In this document: positions 23,700 through 38,200 of the stretch, piece by piece | How positions within the stretch are numbered: the stretch's first letter is position 1 | Layout: every line of letters begins with the position of its first letter | Assembly: GCA_964016885.1 (NCBI GenBank) | Contig: OZ024742.1 | Span: 166,904,001 to 166,968,000, forward strand | Origin: Eledone cirrhosa | Taxonomy: Eukaryota | Direction of reading: 5' to 3' | Length of the DNA stretch: 64,000 nt | The notes under the pieces: generated by a model | Told to the model about the DNA's origin: nothing | The model's database searches: none | The model's input: the letters and a program-made list of their open reading frames with translations, nothing else | Position numbers and translations under genes: made by a program

Positions 23700-26200
23700 C
23701 AAGGAGAGATAATTTCCAGCCGTCCAAGGGAAGATAATTTCAAGCCCTCCAAGGGGCTATAATTTCCAGTGTCCAAGGGGAGATAATTTCCAGCCAGCGA
23801 AGGGGAGATAATTTTTTTTTAAAAATCAGGGGGAGATTTGTAAAAAAAATCAAGGGGAGATAATTTGTAAAAAAAATCAAAGGGAGATAATTTCTAGCCG
23901 TCCAAGGGGAGATAATTTCGAGCCAAGGGGAGATAATTTCCAGCCGTACAAGGGGAGATAATTTTTTAAAAAATCAGGTGGAGATAATTTGTAAAAAAAA
24001 ATCAGGGGGAGATAATTTGTAAAAACAAAATCAAGGGCAGATAATTTCCAGCTGTCCAAGGGGAGATAATTTCCAGCCGTGCAAGGGGAGATAATTTCCA
24101 GCCGTCCAAGGGGAGATAATTTCCATCCTTCCAAGGGGAGATAATTTCCAGCCGTCCAAGGGGAGATAATTTCCCGCCAGCCAAGGGAAGATAATTTTTT
24201 ACAAAATCAGGCGGAGATTGTAAAAAAAATCAGGGGGAGATAATTTGTAAAAAAATCAGGGGGAGATAATTTGTAAAAAAATCAAGGGGAGATAATTTCC
24301 AGCCGTCCAAGGGGAGGTAATATCTAGCCGTCCAAGGGGAGATAATTTCCAGCCGTCCAAGGGGAGATAATTTCCAGCCGTCCAAGGGTAGATAATATCC
24401 AGCCGTCCAAGGAGACATATTTTCCAGCCGTCCAAGGAGAGGTAATTTCTAGCCGTCCAAGGGGAGATAAATTCCAGCCTCCAAGGGGAGATAATTTCCA
24501 GCCAGCCAAGGGGAGATAATTTGTAAAAAAATCAGGGGGAGATAATTTGTAAAAAAAATCAGGGGGAGATAATTTGTAAAAAAAAATCAGGGGGAGATAA
24601 TTTGTAAAAAAAATCAGGGGGAGATAATTTGTAAAAAAAATCAAGGGTAGATAATTTCCAGCCGTCCAAGGGGAGATAATTTTCAGCCGTCCAAGGGGAG
24701 ATAATTTCCCGCCAGCCAAGGGAAGATAATATTTAAAAAATGAGGCGGAGATAATTTGTAAAAAAAATCAGGGGGAGATAATTTGTAAAAAAATCAGGGG
24801 GAGATAATTTGTAAAAAAAAATCAGGGGGAGATAATTTGTAAAAAAAATCAGGGGGAGATTATTTGTAAAAAAAAATCAGGGGTAGATAATTTGTAAAAA
24901 AAAATCAGGGGGAGATAATTTGTAAAAAAAATCAAGGGGAGATAATTTCCAGCCGTCCAAGGGAAGATAATTTCAAGCCCTCCAAGGGGCTATAATTTCC
25001 AGTGTCCAAGGGGAGATAATTTCCAGCCAGCGAAGGGGAGATAATTTTTTTTTAAAAATCAGGGGGAGATTTGTAAAAAAAATCAGGGGGAGATAATTTG
25101 TAAAAAAAATCAAAGGGAGATAATTTCCAGCCGTCCAAAGAGAGATAATTTCTAGCCGTCCAAGGGGAGATAATTTCGAGCCAAGGGGAGATAATTTCCA
25201 GCCGTCCAAGGGAGATAATTTTTTAAAAAATCAGGTGGAGATAATTTGTAAAAAAAATCAGGGGGAGATAATTTGTAAAAACAAAATCAAGGGCAGATAA
25301 TTTCCAGCTGTCCAAGGGGAGATAATTTCCAGCCGTGCAAGGGGAGATAATTTCCAGCCGTCCAAGGGGAGATAATTTCCATCCTTCCAAGGGGAGATAA
25401 TTTCCAGCCGTCCAAGGGGAGATAATTTCCCGCCAGCCAAGGGAAGATAATTTTTTAAAAAATCAGGCGGAGATTGTAAAAAAAATCAGGGGGAGATAAT
25501 TTGTAAAAAAATCAGGGGGAGATAATTTGTAAAAAAATCAAGGGGAGATAATTTCCAGCTGTCCAAGGGGAGGTAATATCTAGCCGTCCAAGGGGAGATA
25601 ATTTCCAGCCGTCCAAGGGGAGATAATTTCCAGCCGTCCAAGGGTAGATAATATCCAGCCGTCCAAGGAGACATATTTTCCAGCCCTCCAAGGAGAGGTA
25701 ATTTCTAGCCGTCCAAGTGGAGATAAATTCCAGCCTCCAAGGGGAGATAATTTCCAGCCAGCCAAGGGGAGATAATTTGTAAAAAAATCAGGGGGAGATA
25801 ATTTGTAAAAAAAAATCAGGGGGAGATAATTTTTAAAAAAAATCAGGGGGAGATAATTTGTAAAAAAAATCAAGGGGAGATAATTTCCAGCCGTCCAAGG
25901 GGAGATAATTTTCAGCCGTCCAAGGGGAGATAATTTCCCGCCAGCCAAGGGAAGATAATATTTAAAAAATGAGGCGGAGATAATTTGTAAAAAAAATCAG
26001 GGGGAGATAATTTGTAAAAAAATCAGGGGGAGATAATTTGTAAAAAAAAAATCAGGGGGAGATAATTTGTAAAAAAAATCAGGGGGAGATAATTTGTAAA
26101 AAAAAATCAGGGGTAGATAATTTGTAAAAAAAAATCAGGGGGAGATAATTTGTAAAAAAAATCAGGGGGAGATAATTTGTAAAAGAAATCAAGGGGAGAT
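23700..26200 (+). repeat. ~1,256 bp tandem duplication, moderately diverged
   Basis: ORF pairs 24002/25258, 24230/25486 and 24324/25580 at offset 1256. Shared variants TTTCAAGCCCTCC, TTTCGAGCCAA and AAATGAGGCGG. Confidence 0.85.
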
Positions 26201-29200
26201 AATTTCCAGCCGTCCAAGGAGAGATAATTTAAAAAAAAAATCAGGCGGAGATAATTTGTAAAAAAAAATCAGGGGGAGATAATTTGTAAAAAAAAATCAG
26301 GGGGAGATAATTTGTAAAAAAAATCAAGGGGAGATAATTTCCAGCCGTCCAAGGGGAGATAATTTTCAGCCGTCCAAGGGGAGATAATTTCCAGCCGTCC
26401 AAGGGGAGATAATTTTAAAAAAAAAATCAGGCGGATATAATTTGTAAAAAAAATCAAGGGGAGATAATTTGCAACCGTCCAAGGGGACATAATTTTCAGT
26501 CGTCCAAGGAGAGGTAATTTCTAGCCGTCCAAGGGGAGATAATTTCCAGCCGTCCAAGGGGAGATAATTTCCAGCCGTCCAAGGGGAGATAATTTTTTTT
26601 TAAAAATCAGGCGGAGATAATTTGTAAAAAAAAAATCAGGGGGAGATAATTTGTAAAAAAAATCAAGGGGAGATAATTTCCAGCCGTCCAAGGGAAGATA
26701 ATTTCCAGCCCTCCAAGGGGCTATAATTTCCAGCGTCCAAGGGGAGATAATTTCCAGCCAGCGAAGGGGAGATAATTTTTTTAAAAAAATCATTGGGAGA
26801 TTTGTAAAAAAAATCAGGGAGAGATAATTTGTAAAAAAAATCAAGGGGAGATAATTTCCAGCCGTCCAAGGGGAGGTAATATCTAGCCGTCCAAGGGGAG
26901 ATAATTTCCAGCCGTCCAAGGGGAGATAATTTCCAGCCGTCCAAGGGTAGATAATATCCAGCCGTCCAAGTAGACATTTTCCAGCCGTCCAAGGAGAGGT
27001 AATTTCTAGCCGTCCAAGGGGAGATAAATTCCAGCCTCCAAGGGGAGATAATTTCCAGCCAGCCAAGGGGAGATAATTTGTAAAAAAATCAGGGGGAGAT
27101 AATTTGTAAAAAAATCAGGGGGAGATAATTTGTAAAAAAAAATCAGGGGGAGATAATTTGTAAAAAAAAATCAGGGGGAGATAATTTGTAAAAAAAAATC
27201 AGGGGGAGATAATTTGTAAAAAAAATCAAGGGGAGATAATTTCCAGCCGTCCAAGGGGAGATAATTTCCATCCTTCCAAGGGGAGATAATTTCCAGCCGT
27301 CCAAGGGGAGATAATTTCCCGCCAGCCAAGGGAAGATAATTTTTAAAAAAATCAGGCGGAGATTGTAAAAAAAATCAGGGGGAGATAATTTGTAAAAAAA
27401 TCAGGGGGAGATAATTTGTAAAAAAAAAATCAGGGGGAGACAATTTGTAAAAAAAATCAGGGGGAAATAATTTGTAAAAAAAAATCAAGGGGAGATAATT
27501 TGTACAAAAAATCAGGGGTATATAATTTGTAAAAAAAAATCAGGGGGAGATAATTTGTAAAAAAAAATCAGGGGGAGATAATTTGTAAAAAAAATCAAGG
27601 GGAGATAATTTGCAGCCGTCCAAGGGGAGATAATTTTCAGCCGTCCAAGGAGAGGTAATTTCTAGCCGTCCAAGGTGAGATAATATCCAGCCGTCCAAGG
27701 GGAGATAATTTCCAGCCGTCCAAGGGGAGATAATTTTTAAAAAAAAACAGGCGAAGATAATTTGTAAAAAAAAAATCAGGGGGAGATAATTTGTAAAAAA
27801 AAATCAGGGGGAGATAATTTGTAAAAAAAAATCAGGGGGAGGTAATTTGTAAAAAAAATCAAGGGGAGATAATTTCCAGCCGTCCAAGGGAAGATAATTT
27901 CCAGCCCTCCAAGGGGCTATAATTTCCAGCGTCCAAGGGGAGATAATTTCCAGCCAGCGAAGGGGAGATAATTGTTTTAAAAAAATCATTGGGAGATTTG
28001 TAAAAAAAATCAGGGGGAGATAATTAATAAAAAAAATCAAGGGGAGATAATTCCAGCCGTCCAAGGGGAGGTAATATCTAGCCGTCCAAGGGGAGATAAT
28101 TTCCAGCCGTCCAAGGGGAGATAATTTCCAGCCGTTCAAGGGTAGATAATATCCAGCCGTCCAAGGAGACATATTTTCCAGCCGTGCAAGGAGAGGTAAT
28201 TTCTAGCCGTCCAAGGGGAGATAAATTCCAGCCTCCAAGGGGAGATAATTTCCAGCCAGCCAAGGGGAGATAATTTGTAAAAAAATCAGGGGGAGATAAT
28301 TTGTAAAAAAAGTCAGGGGTAGATAATTTGTAAAAAAAAATCAGGGGGAGATAATTTGTAAAAAAAAATCAGGGGGAGATAATTTGTAAAAAAAATCAAG
28401 GGGAGATAATTTCCAGCCATCCAAGGAGAGATAATTTTAAAAAAAAATCAGGCGGAGATAATTTGTAAAAAAAAATCAGGGGGAGATAATTTGTAAAAAA
28501 AATCAGGGGGTGATAATTTGTAAAAAAAATCAAGGGGAGATAATTTCCAGCCGTCCAAGGGGAGATAATTTCCAGCCGTCCAAGGGGACATAAATTTTTT
28601 AAAAAAATCAGGCGGAGATAATTTGTAAAAAAAATCAGGGGGAGATAAATTGTAAAAAAAAATCAGGGGGAGATAATTTGTAAAAAAAATCAGGGGGAGA
28701 TAATTTCCAGCCGTCCAAGGTAAGATAATTTCCAGCCCTCCAAGGGGCTATAATTTCCAGCATCCAAGGGGAGATAATTTCCAGCCGTCCAAGGGTAGAT
28801 AATATCCAGCCGTCCAAGTAGACATATTTTCCAGCCGTCCAAGGAGAGGTAATTTCTAGCCGTCCAAGGGGAGATAAATTCCAGCCTCCAAGGGGAGATA
28901 ATTTCCAGCCAGCCAAGGGGAGATAATTTGTAAAAAAATCAGGGGGAGATAATTTGTAAAAAAAATCAGGGGGAGATAATTTGTAAAAAAAAATCAGGGG
29001 GAGATAATTTGTAAAAAAAAATCAGGGGGAGATAATTTCCAGCCGTCCAAGGGGAGATAATTTTCAGCCGTCCAAGGGTAGATAATATCCAGCCGTCCAA
29101 GTAGACATTTTCCAGCCGTCCAAGGAGAGGTAATTTCTAGCCGTCCAAGGGGAGATAAATTCCAGCCTCCAAGGGGAGATAATTTCCAGCCAGCCAAGGG

Positions 29201-32200
29201 GAGATAATTTGTAAAAAAATCAGGGGGAGATAATTAGTAAAAAAAAATCAGGGGGAGATAATTTGTAAAAAAAAATCAGGGGGAGATAATTTGTAAAAAA
29301 AATCAAGGGGAGATAATTTCCAGCCGTCCAAGGGGAGATAATTTTCAGCCGTCCAAGGGGAGATAATTTCCAGCCGTCCAAGGGGAGATAATTTCCATCC
29401 TTCCAAGGGGAGATAATTTCCAGCCTTCCAAGGGGAGATAATTTTCAGCCGTCCAAGGGGAGATAATTTCCCGCCAGCCAAGGGAAGATAATATTTTAAA
29501 AAATCAGGCGGAGATAATTTGTAAAAAAAATCAGGGGGAGATAATTTGTAAAAAAATCAGGGGGAGATAATTTGTAAAAAAAAAATCAGGGGGAGTTAAT
29601 TTGTAAAAAAAATCAGGGGGAGATAATTTGTAAAAAAAAATCAGGGGTAGATAATTTGTAAAAAAAAATCAGGGGGAGATAATTTGTAAAAAAAAAATCA
29701 GGGGGAGATAATTTGTAAAAAAAATCAAGGGGAGATAATTTCCAGCCGTCCAAGGAGAGATAATTTTTAAAAAAAATCAGGCGGAGATAATTTGTAAAAA
29801 AAAATCAGGGGGAGATAATTTCCAGCCGTCGAAGGGAAGATAATTTCCAGCCCTCCAAGGGGCTATAATTTCCAGCGTCCAAGGGGAGATAATTTCCAGC
29901 CAGCGAAGGGGAGATAATTTTTTTTAAAAAATCATTGGGAGATTTGTAAAAAAAATCAGGGGGAGATAATTTGTAAAAAAAACCAAGGGGAGATAATTTC
30001 CAGCCGTCCAAGGGGAGGTAATATCTAGCCATCCAAGGGGAGATAATTTCCAGCCGTCCAAGGGGAGATAATTTCCAGCCGTCCAAGGGTAGATAATATC
30101 CAGCCGTCCAAGTAGACATTTTCCAGCCGTCCAAGGAGAGGTAATTTCTAGCCGTCCAAGGGGAGATAAATTCCAGCCTCCAAGGGGAGATAATTTCCAG
30201 CCAGCCAAGGGGAGATAATTTGTAAAAAAATCAGGGGGAGATAATTTGTAAAAAAAATCAGGGGGAGATAATTTGTAAAAAAAAATCAGGGGTAGATAAT
30301 TTGTAAAAAAAAATCAGGGGGAGATAATTTGTAAAAAAAAATCAGGGGGAGATAATTTGTAAAAAAAATCAAGGGGAGATAATTTCCAGCCGTCCAAGGG
30401 GAGATAATTTTCAGCCGTCCAAGGGGAGATAATTTCCAGCCGTCCAAGGGGAGATAATTTCCATCCTTCCAAGGGGAGATAATTTGTAAAAAAAAATCAG
30501 GGGGAGATAATTTGTAAAAAAAATCAAGGGGAGATAATTTCCAGCCGTCCAAGGGGAGATAATTTTCAGCCGTCCAAGGGGAGATAATTTCCCGCCAGCC
30601 AAGGGAAGATAATATTTAAAAAAATCAGGCGGAGATAATTTGTAAAAAAAATCAGGGGGAGATAATTTGTAAAAAAATCAGGGGGAGATAATTTGTAAAA
30701 AAAAAATCAGGGGGAGATAATTTGTAAAAAAAATCAGGGCTAGATAATTTGTAAAAAAAAATCAGGGGTAGATAATTTGTAAAAGAAAATCAGGGGGAGA
30801 TAATTTGTAAAAAAAATCAAGGGGAGATAATTTCCAGCCGTCCAAGGAGAGATAATTTTAAAAAAAAATCAGGCGGAGATAATTTGTAAAAAAAAATCAA
30901 GGGGAGATAATTTGTAAAAAAAAATCAGGGGGAGATAATTTGTAAAAAAAATCAAGGGGAGATAATTTCCAGCCGTCCAAGGGAAGATAATTTCCAGCAC
31001 TCCAAGGGGCTATAATTTCCAGTGTCCAAGGGGAGATAATTTCCAGCCAGCGAAGGGGAGATAATTTTTTTAAAAAAATCAGGGGGAGATATGTAAAAAA
31101 AATCAGAGGGAGATAATTTCTAAAAAAAATCAAAGGGAGATAATTTCCAGCCGTCCAAAGAGAGATAATTTCTAGCCGTCCAAGGGGAGATAATTTCCAG
31201 CCAAGAGGATATAATTTCCAGCCGTCCAAGGGGAGATAATTTTTTAAAAAATCAGGTGGAGATAATTTGTAAAAAAAATCAGGGGGAGATAATTTGTAAA
31301 AACAAAATCAAGGGCAGATAATTTCCAGCTGTCCAAGGGGAGATAATTTCCAGCCGTCCAAGGGGAGATAATTTCCATCCTTCCAAGGGGAGATAATCTC
31401 CAGCCGTCCAAGGGGAGATAATTTCCCGCCAGCCAAGGGAAGATAATTTTTAAAAAAATCAGGCGGAGATTGTAAAAAAAATCAGGGGGAGATAATTTGT
31501 AAAAAAATCAGGGGGAGATAATTTGTAAAAAAAAAATCAGGGGAGATAATTTGTAAAAAAAAATCAGGGGGAGATAATTTGTAAAAAAAAAATCAGGGGG
31601 AGATAATTTGTAAAAAAAATCAGGGGTAGATAATTTGTAAAAAAAAATCAGGGGGAGATAATTTGTAAAAAAAAATCAGGGGGAGATAATTTGTAAAAAA
31701 ATCAAGGGGAGATAATATGCAGCCGTCCAAGGGGAGATAATATGCAGCCGTCCAAGGGGAGATAATTTTCAGCCGTCCAAGGAGAGGTAATTTCTAGCCG
31801 TCCAAGGGGAGATAATTTCCAGCCGTCCAAGGGGAGATAATTTCCAGCCGTCCAATGGGAGATAGTTTTTTTAAAAAAATCAGGCGGAGATAATTTGTAA
31901 AAAAAAAATCAGGGGGAGATAATTTGTAAAAAAAAATCAGGGGTAGATAATTTGTAAAAAAAATCAGGGGGAGATAATTTGTAAAAAAAATCAGGGAGAT
32001 AATTAGTAAAAAAAATCAAGGGGAGATAATTTCCAGCCGTCCAAGGGGAGGTAATATCTAGCCGTCCAAGGGGAGATAATTTCCAGCCGTCCAAGGGGAG
32101 ATAATTTCCAGCCGTCCAAGGGTAGATAATATCCAGCCGTCCAAGTAGACATATTTTCCAGCCGTCCAAGGAGAGGTAATTTCTAGCCGTCCAAGGGGAG

Positions 32201-35200
32201 ATAAATTCCAGCCTCCAAGGGGAGATAATTTCCAGCCAGCCAAGGGGAGATAATTTGTAAAAAAATCAGGGGGAGATAATTTGTAAAAAAAATCAGGGGG
32301 AGATAATTTGTAAAAAAAAATCAGGGGGAGATAATTTGTAAAAAAAAATCAGGGGGAGATAATTTGTAAAAAAAATCAGGGTGAGATAATTTGTAAAAAA
32401 AAATCAGGGGGAGATAATTTGTAAAAAAAAATCAGGGGGAGATAATTTGTAAAAAAAAATCAGGGGGAGATAATTTGTAAAAAAAATCAAGGGGAGATAA
32501 TTTCCAGCCGTCCAAGGGGAGATAATTTCCAGCCGTCCAAGGGGAGGTAATATCTAGCCGTCCAAGGGGAGATAATTTCCAGCCGTCCAAGAGGAGATAA
32601 TTTCCAGCCGTCCAAGGGTAGATAATATCCAGCCGTCCAAGGAGACATATTTTCCAGCCGTCCAAGGAGAGGTAATTTCTAGCCGTCCAAGGGGAGATAA
32701 TTTTCAGCCGCCCAAGGGGAGATAATTTCCCGCCAGCCAAGGGAAGATAATATTTAAAAAATCAGGCGGAGATAATTTGTAAAAAAAATCAGGGGGAGAT
32801 AATTTGTAAAAAAAATCAGGGGGAGATAATTTGTAAAAAAAAAATCAGGGGGAGATAATTTGTAAAAAAAATCAGGGGGAGATGATTTGTAAAAAAAATC
32901 AGGGGTAGATAATTTGTAAAAAAAAATCAGGGGGAGATAATTTGTAAAAAAAAATCAGGGGGAGATAATTTGTAAAAAAAATCAAGAGGAGATAATTTCC
33001 AGCCGTCGAAGGGAAGATAATTTCCAGCCCTCCAAGGGGCTATAATTTCCAGCGTCCAAGGGGAGATAATTTCCAGCCAGCGAAGGGGAGATAATTTTTT
33101 TTTAAAAATCATTGGGAGATTTGTAAAAAAAATCAGGGGGAGATAATTTGTAAAAAAAATCAAGGGGAGATAATTTCCAGCCGTCCAAGGGGAGGTAATA
33201 TCTAGCCATCGAAGGGGAGATAATTTCCAGCCGTCCAAGGGGAGATAATTTCCAGCCGTCCAAGGGTAGATAATATCCAGCCGTCCAAGTAGACATTTTC
33301 CAGCCGTCCAAGGAGAGGTAATTTCTAGCCGTCCAAGGGGAGATAAATTCCAGCCTCCAAGGGGAGATAATTTCCAGCCAGCCAAGGGGAGATAATTTGT
33401 AAAAAAATCAGGGGGAGATAATTTGTAAAAAAAATCAGGGGGAGATAATTTGTAAAAAAAAATCAGGGGGAGATAATTTGTAAAAAAAAATCAGGGGGAG
33501 ATAATTTGTAAAAAAAAATCAGGGGGAGATAATTTGTAAAAAAAATCAAGGGGAGATAATTTCCAGCCGTCCAAGGGGAGATAATTTTCAGCCGTCCAAG
33601 GGGAGATAATTTCCAGCCGTCCAAGGGGAGATAATTTCCATCCTTCCAAGGGGAGATAATTTCCAGCCGTCCAAGGGAGATAATTTTTTAAAAAATCAGG
33701 TGGAGATAATTTGTAAAAAAAATCAGGGGGAGATAATTTGTAAAAACAAAATCAAGGGCAGATAATTTCCAGCTGTCCAAGGGGAGATAATTTCCAGCCG
33801 TGCAAGGGGAGATAATTTCCAGCCGTCCAAGGGGAGATAATTTCCATCCTTCCAAGGGGAGATAATTTCCAGCCGTCCAAGGGGAGATAATTTCCCGCCA
33901 GCCAAGGGAAGATAATTTTTTAAAAAATCAGGCGGAGATTGTAAAAAAAATCAGGGGGAGATAATTTGTAAAAAAATCAGGGGGAGATAATTTGTAAAAA
34001 AATCAAGGGGAGATAATTTCCAGCTGTCCAAGGGGAGGTAATATCTAGCCGTCCATGGGGAGATAATTTCCAGCCGTCCAAGGGTAGATAATATCCAGCC
34101 GTCCAAGGAGACATATTTTCCAGCCCTCCAAGGAGAGGTAATTTCTAGCCGTCCAAGTGGAGATAAATTCCAGCCTCCAAGGGGAGATAATTTCCAGCCA
34201 GCCAAGGGGAGATAATTTGTAAAAAAATCAGGGGGAGATAATTTGTAAAAAAAAATCAGGGGGAGATAATTTTTAAAAAAAATCAGGGGGAGATAATTTG
34301 TAAAAAAAATCAAGGGGAGATAATTTCCAGCCGTCCAAGGGGAGATAATTTTCAGCCGTCCAAGGGGAGATAATTTCCCGCCAGCCAAGGGAAGATAATA
34401 TTTAAAAAATGAGGCGGAGATAATTTGTAAAAAAATCAGGGGGAGATAATTTGTAAAAAAATCAGGGGGAGATAATTTGTAAAAAAAAAATCAGGGGGAG
34501 ATAATTTGTAAAAAAAATCAGGGGGAGATAATTTGTAAAAAAAAATCAGGGGTAGATAATTTGTAAAAAAAAATCAGGGGGAGATAATTTGTAAAAAAAA
34601 TCAGGGGGAGATAATTTGTAAAAAAAATCAAGGGGAGATAATTTCCAGCCGTCCAAGGAGAGATAATTTAAAAAAAAATCAGGCGGAGATAATTTGTAAA
34701 AAAAAATCAGGGGGAGATAATTTGTAAAAAAAAATCAGGGGGAGATAATTTGTAAAAAAAATCAAGGGGAGATAATTTCCAGCCGTCCAAGGGGAGATAA
34801 TTTTCAGCCGTCCAAGGGGAGATAATTTCCAGCCGTCCAAGGGGAGATAATTTAAAAAAAAAAATCAGGCGGAGATAATTTGTAAAAAAAATCAAGGGGA
34901 GATAATTTGCAACCGTCCAAGGGGACATAATTTTCAGTCGTCCAAGGAGAGGTAATTTCTAGCCGTCCAAGGGGAGATAATTTCCAGCCGTCCAAGGGGA
35001 GATAATTTCCAGCCGTCCAAGGGGAGATAATTTTTTTTTAAAAATCAGGCGGAGATAATTTGTAAAAAAAAAATCAGGGGGAGATAATTTGTAAAAAAAA
35101 TCAAGGGGAGATAATTTCCAGCCGTCCAAGGGAAGATAATTTCCAGCCCTCCAAGGGGCTATAATTTCCAGCGTCCAAGGGGAGATAATTTCCAGCCAGC

Positions 35201-38200
35201 GAAGGGGAGATAATTTTTTTAAAAAAATCATTGGGAGATTTGTAAAAAAAATCAGGGAGAGATAATTTGTAAAAAAAATCAAGGGGAGATAATTTCCAGC
35301 CGTCCAAGGGGAGGTAATATCTAGCCGTCCAAGGGGAGATAATTTCCAGCCGTCCAAGGGGAGATAATTTCCAGCCGTCCAAGGGTAGATAATATCCAGC
35401 CGTCCAAGTAGACATTTTCCAGCCGTCCAAGGAGAGGTAATTTCTAGCCGTCCAAGGGGAGATAAATTCCAGCCTCCAAGGGGAGATAATTTCCAGCCAG
35501 CCAAGGGGAGATAATTTGTAAAAAAATCAGGGGGAGATAATTTGTAAAAAAATCAGGGGGAGATAATTTTTAAAAAAAAATCAGGGGGAGATAATTTGTA
35601 AAAAAAAATTAGGGGGAGATAATTTGTAAAAAAAAATCAGGGGGAGATAATTTGTAAAAAAAATCAAGGGGAGATAATTTCCAGCCGTCCAAGGGGAGAT
35701 AATTTCCATCCTTCCAAGGGGAGATAATTTCCAGCCGTCCAAGGGGAGATAATTTCCCGCCAGCCAAGGGAAGATAATTTTTAAAAAAATCAGGCGGAGA
35801 TTGTAAAAAAAATCAGGGGGAGATAATTTGTAAAAAAATCAGGGGGAGATAATTTGTAAAAAAAAAATCAGGGGGAGACAATTTGTAAAAAAAATCAGGG
35901 GGAAATAATTTGTAAAAAAAAATCAAGGGGAGATAATTTGTACAAAAAATCAGGGGTATATAATTTGTAAAAAAAAATCAGGGGGAGATAATTTGTAAAA
36001 AGAAATCAGGGGGAGATAATTTGTAAAAAAAATCAAGGGGAGATAATTTGCAGCCGTCCAAGGGGAGATAATTTTCAGCCGTCCAAGGAGAGGTAATTTC
36101 TAGCCGTCCAAGGTGAGATAATATCCAGCCGTCCAAGGGGAGATAATTTCCAGCCGTCCAAGGGGAGATAATTTTTAAAAAAAAACAGGCGAAGATAATT
36201 TGTAAAAAAAAAATCAGGGGGAGATAATTTGTAAAAAAAAATCAGGGGGAGATAATTTGTAAAAAAAAATCAGGGGGAGGTAATTTGTAAAAAAAATCAA
36301 GGGGAGATAATTTCCAGCCGTCCAAGGGAAGATAATTTCCAGCCCTCCAAGGGGCTATAATTTCCAGCGTCCAAGGGGAGATAATTTCCAGCCAGCGAAG
36401 GGGAGATAATTGTTTTAAAAAAATCATTGGGAGATTTGTAAAAAAAATCAGGGGGAGATAATTAATAAAAAAAATCAAGGGGAGATAATTCCAGCCGTCC
36501 AAGGGGAGGTAATATCTAGCCGTCCAAGGGGAGATAATTTCCAGCCGTCCAAGGGGAGATAATTTCCAGCCGTTCAAGGGTAGATAATATCCAGCCGTCC
36601 AAGGAGACATATTTTCCAGCCGTGCAAGGAGAGGTAATTTCTAGCCGTCCAAGGGGAGATAAATTCCAGCCTCCAAGGGGAGATAATTTCCAGCCAGCCA
36701 AGGCGAGATAATTTGTAAAAAAATCAGGGGGAGATAATTTGTAAAAAAAGTCAGGGGTAGATAATTTGTAAAAAAAAATCAGGGGGAGATAATTTGTAAA
36801 AAAAAATCAGGGGGAGATAATTTGTAAAGAAAATCAAGGGGAGATAATTTCCAGCCATCCAAGGAGAGATAATTTTAAAAAAAAATCAGGCGGAGATAAT
36901 TTGTAAAAAAAAATCAGGGGGAGATAATTTGTAAAAAAAATCAGGGGGTGATAATTTGTAAAAAAAATCAAGGGGAGATAATTTCCAGCCGTCCAAGGGG
37001 AGATAATTTCCAGCCGTCCAAGGGGACATAAATTTTTTAAAAAAATCAGGCGGAGATAATTTGTAAAAAAAATCAGGGGGAGATAAATTGTAAAAAAAAA
37101 TCAGGGGGAGATAATTTGTAAAAAAAATCAGGGGGAGATAATTTCCAGCCGTCCAAGGTAAGATAATTTCCAGCCCTCCAAGGGGCTATAATTTCCAGCA
37201 TCCAAGGGGAGATAATTTCCAGCCGTCCAAGGGTAGATAATATCCAGCCGTCCAAGTAGACATATATTCCAGCCGTCCAAGGAGAGGTAATTTCTAGCCG
37301 TCCAAGGGGAGATAAATTCCAGCCTCCAAGGGGAGATAATTTCCAGCCAGCCAAGGGGAGATAATTTGTAAAAAAATCAGGGGGAGATAATTTGTAAAAA
37401 AAATCAGGGGGAGATAATTTGTAAAAAAAAATCAGGGGGAGATAATTTGTAAAAAAAAATCAGGGGGAGATAATTTCCAGCCGTCCAAGGGGAGATAATT
37501 TTCAGCCGTCCAAGGGTAGATAATATCCAGCCGTCCAAGTAGACATTTTCCAGCCGTCCAAGGAGAGGTAATTTCTAGCCGTCCAAGGGGAGATAAATTC
37601 CAGCCTCCAAGGGGAGATAATTTCCAGCCAGCCAAGGGGAGATAATTTGTAAAAAAATCAGGGGGAGATAATTTGTAAAAAAAATCAGGGGGAGATAATT
37701 AGTAAAAAAAAATCAGGGGGAGATAATTTGTAAAAAAAAATCAGGGGGAGATAATTTGTAAAAAAAATCAAGGGGAGATAATTTCCAGCCGTCCAAGGGG
37801 AGATAATTTTCAGCCGTCCAAGGGGAGATAATTTCCAGCCGTCCAAGGGGAGATAATTTCCATCCTTCCAAGGGGAGATAATTTCCAGCCTTCCAAGGGG
37901 AGATAATTTTCAGCCGTCCAAGGGGAGATAATTTCCCGCCAGCCAAGGGAAGATAATATTTTAAAAAATCAGGCGGAGATAATTTGTAAAAAAAATCAGG
38001 GGGAGATAATTTGTAAAAAAATCAGGGGGAGATAATTTGTAAAAAAAAAATCAGGGGGAGATAATTTGTAAAAAAAATCAGGGGGAGATAATTTGTAAAA
38101 AAAAATCAGGGGTAGATAATTTGTAAAAAAAAATCAGGGGGAGATAATTTGTAAAAAAAAAATCAGGGGGAGATAATTTGTAAAAAAAATCAAGGGGAGA

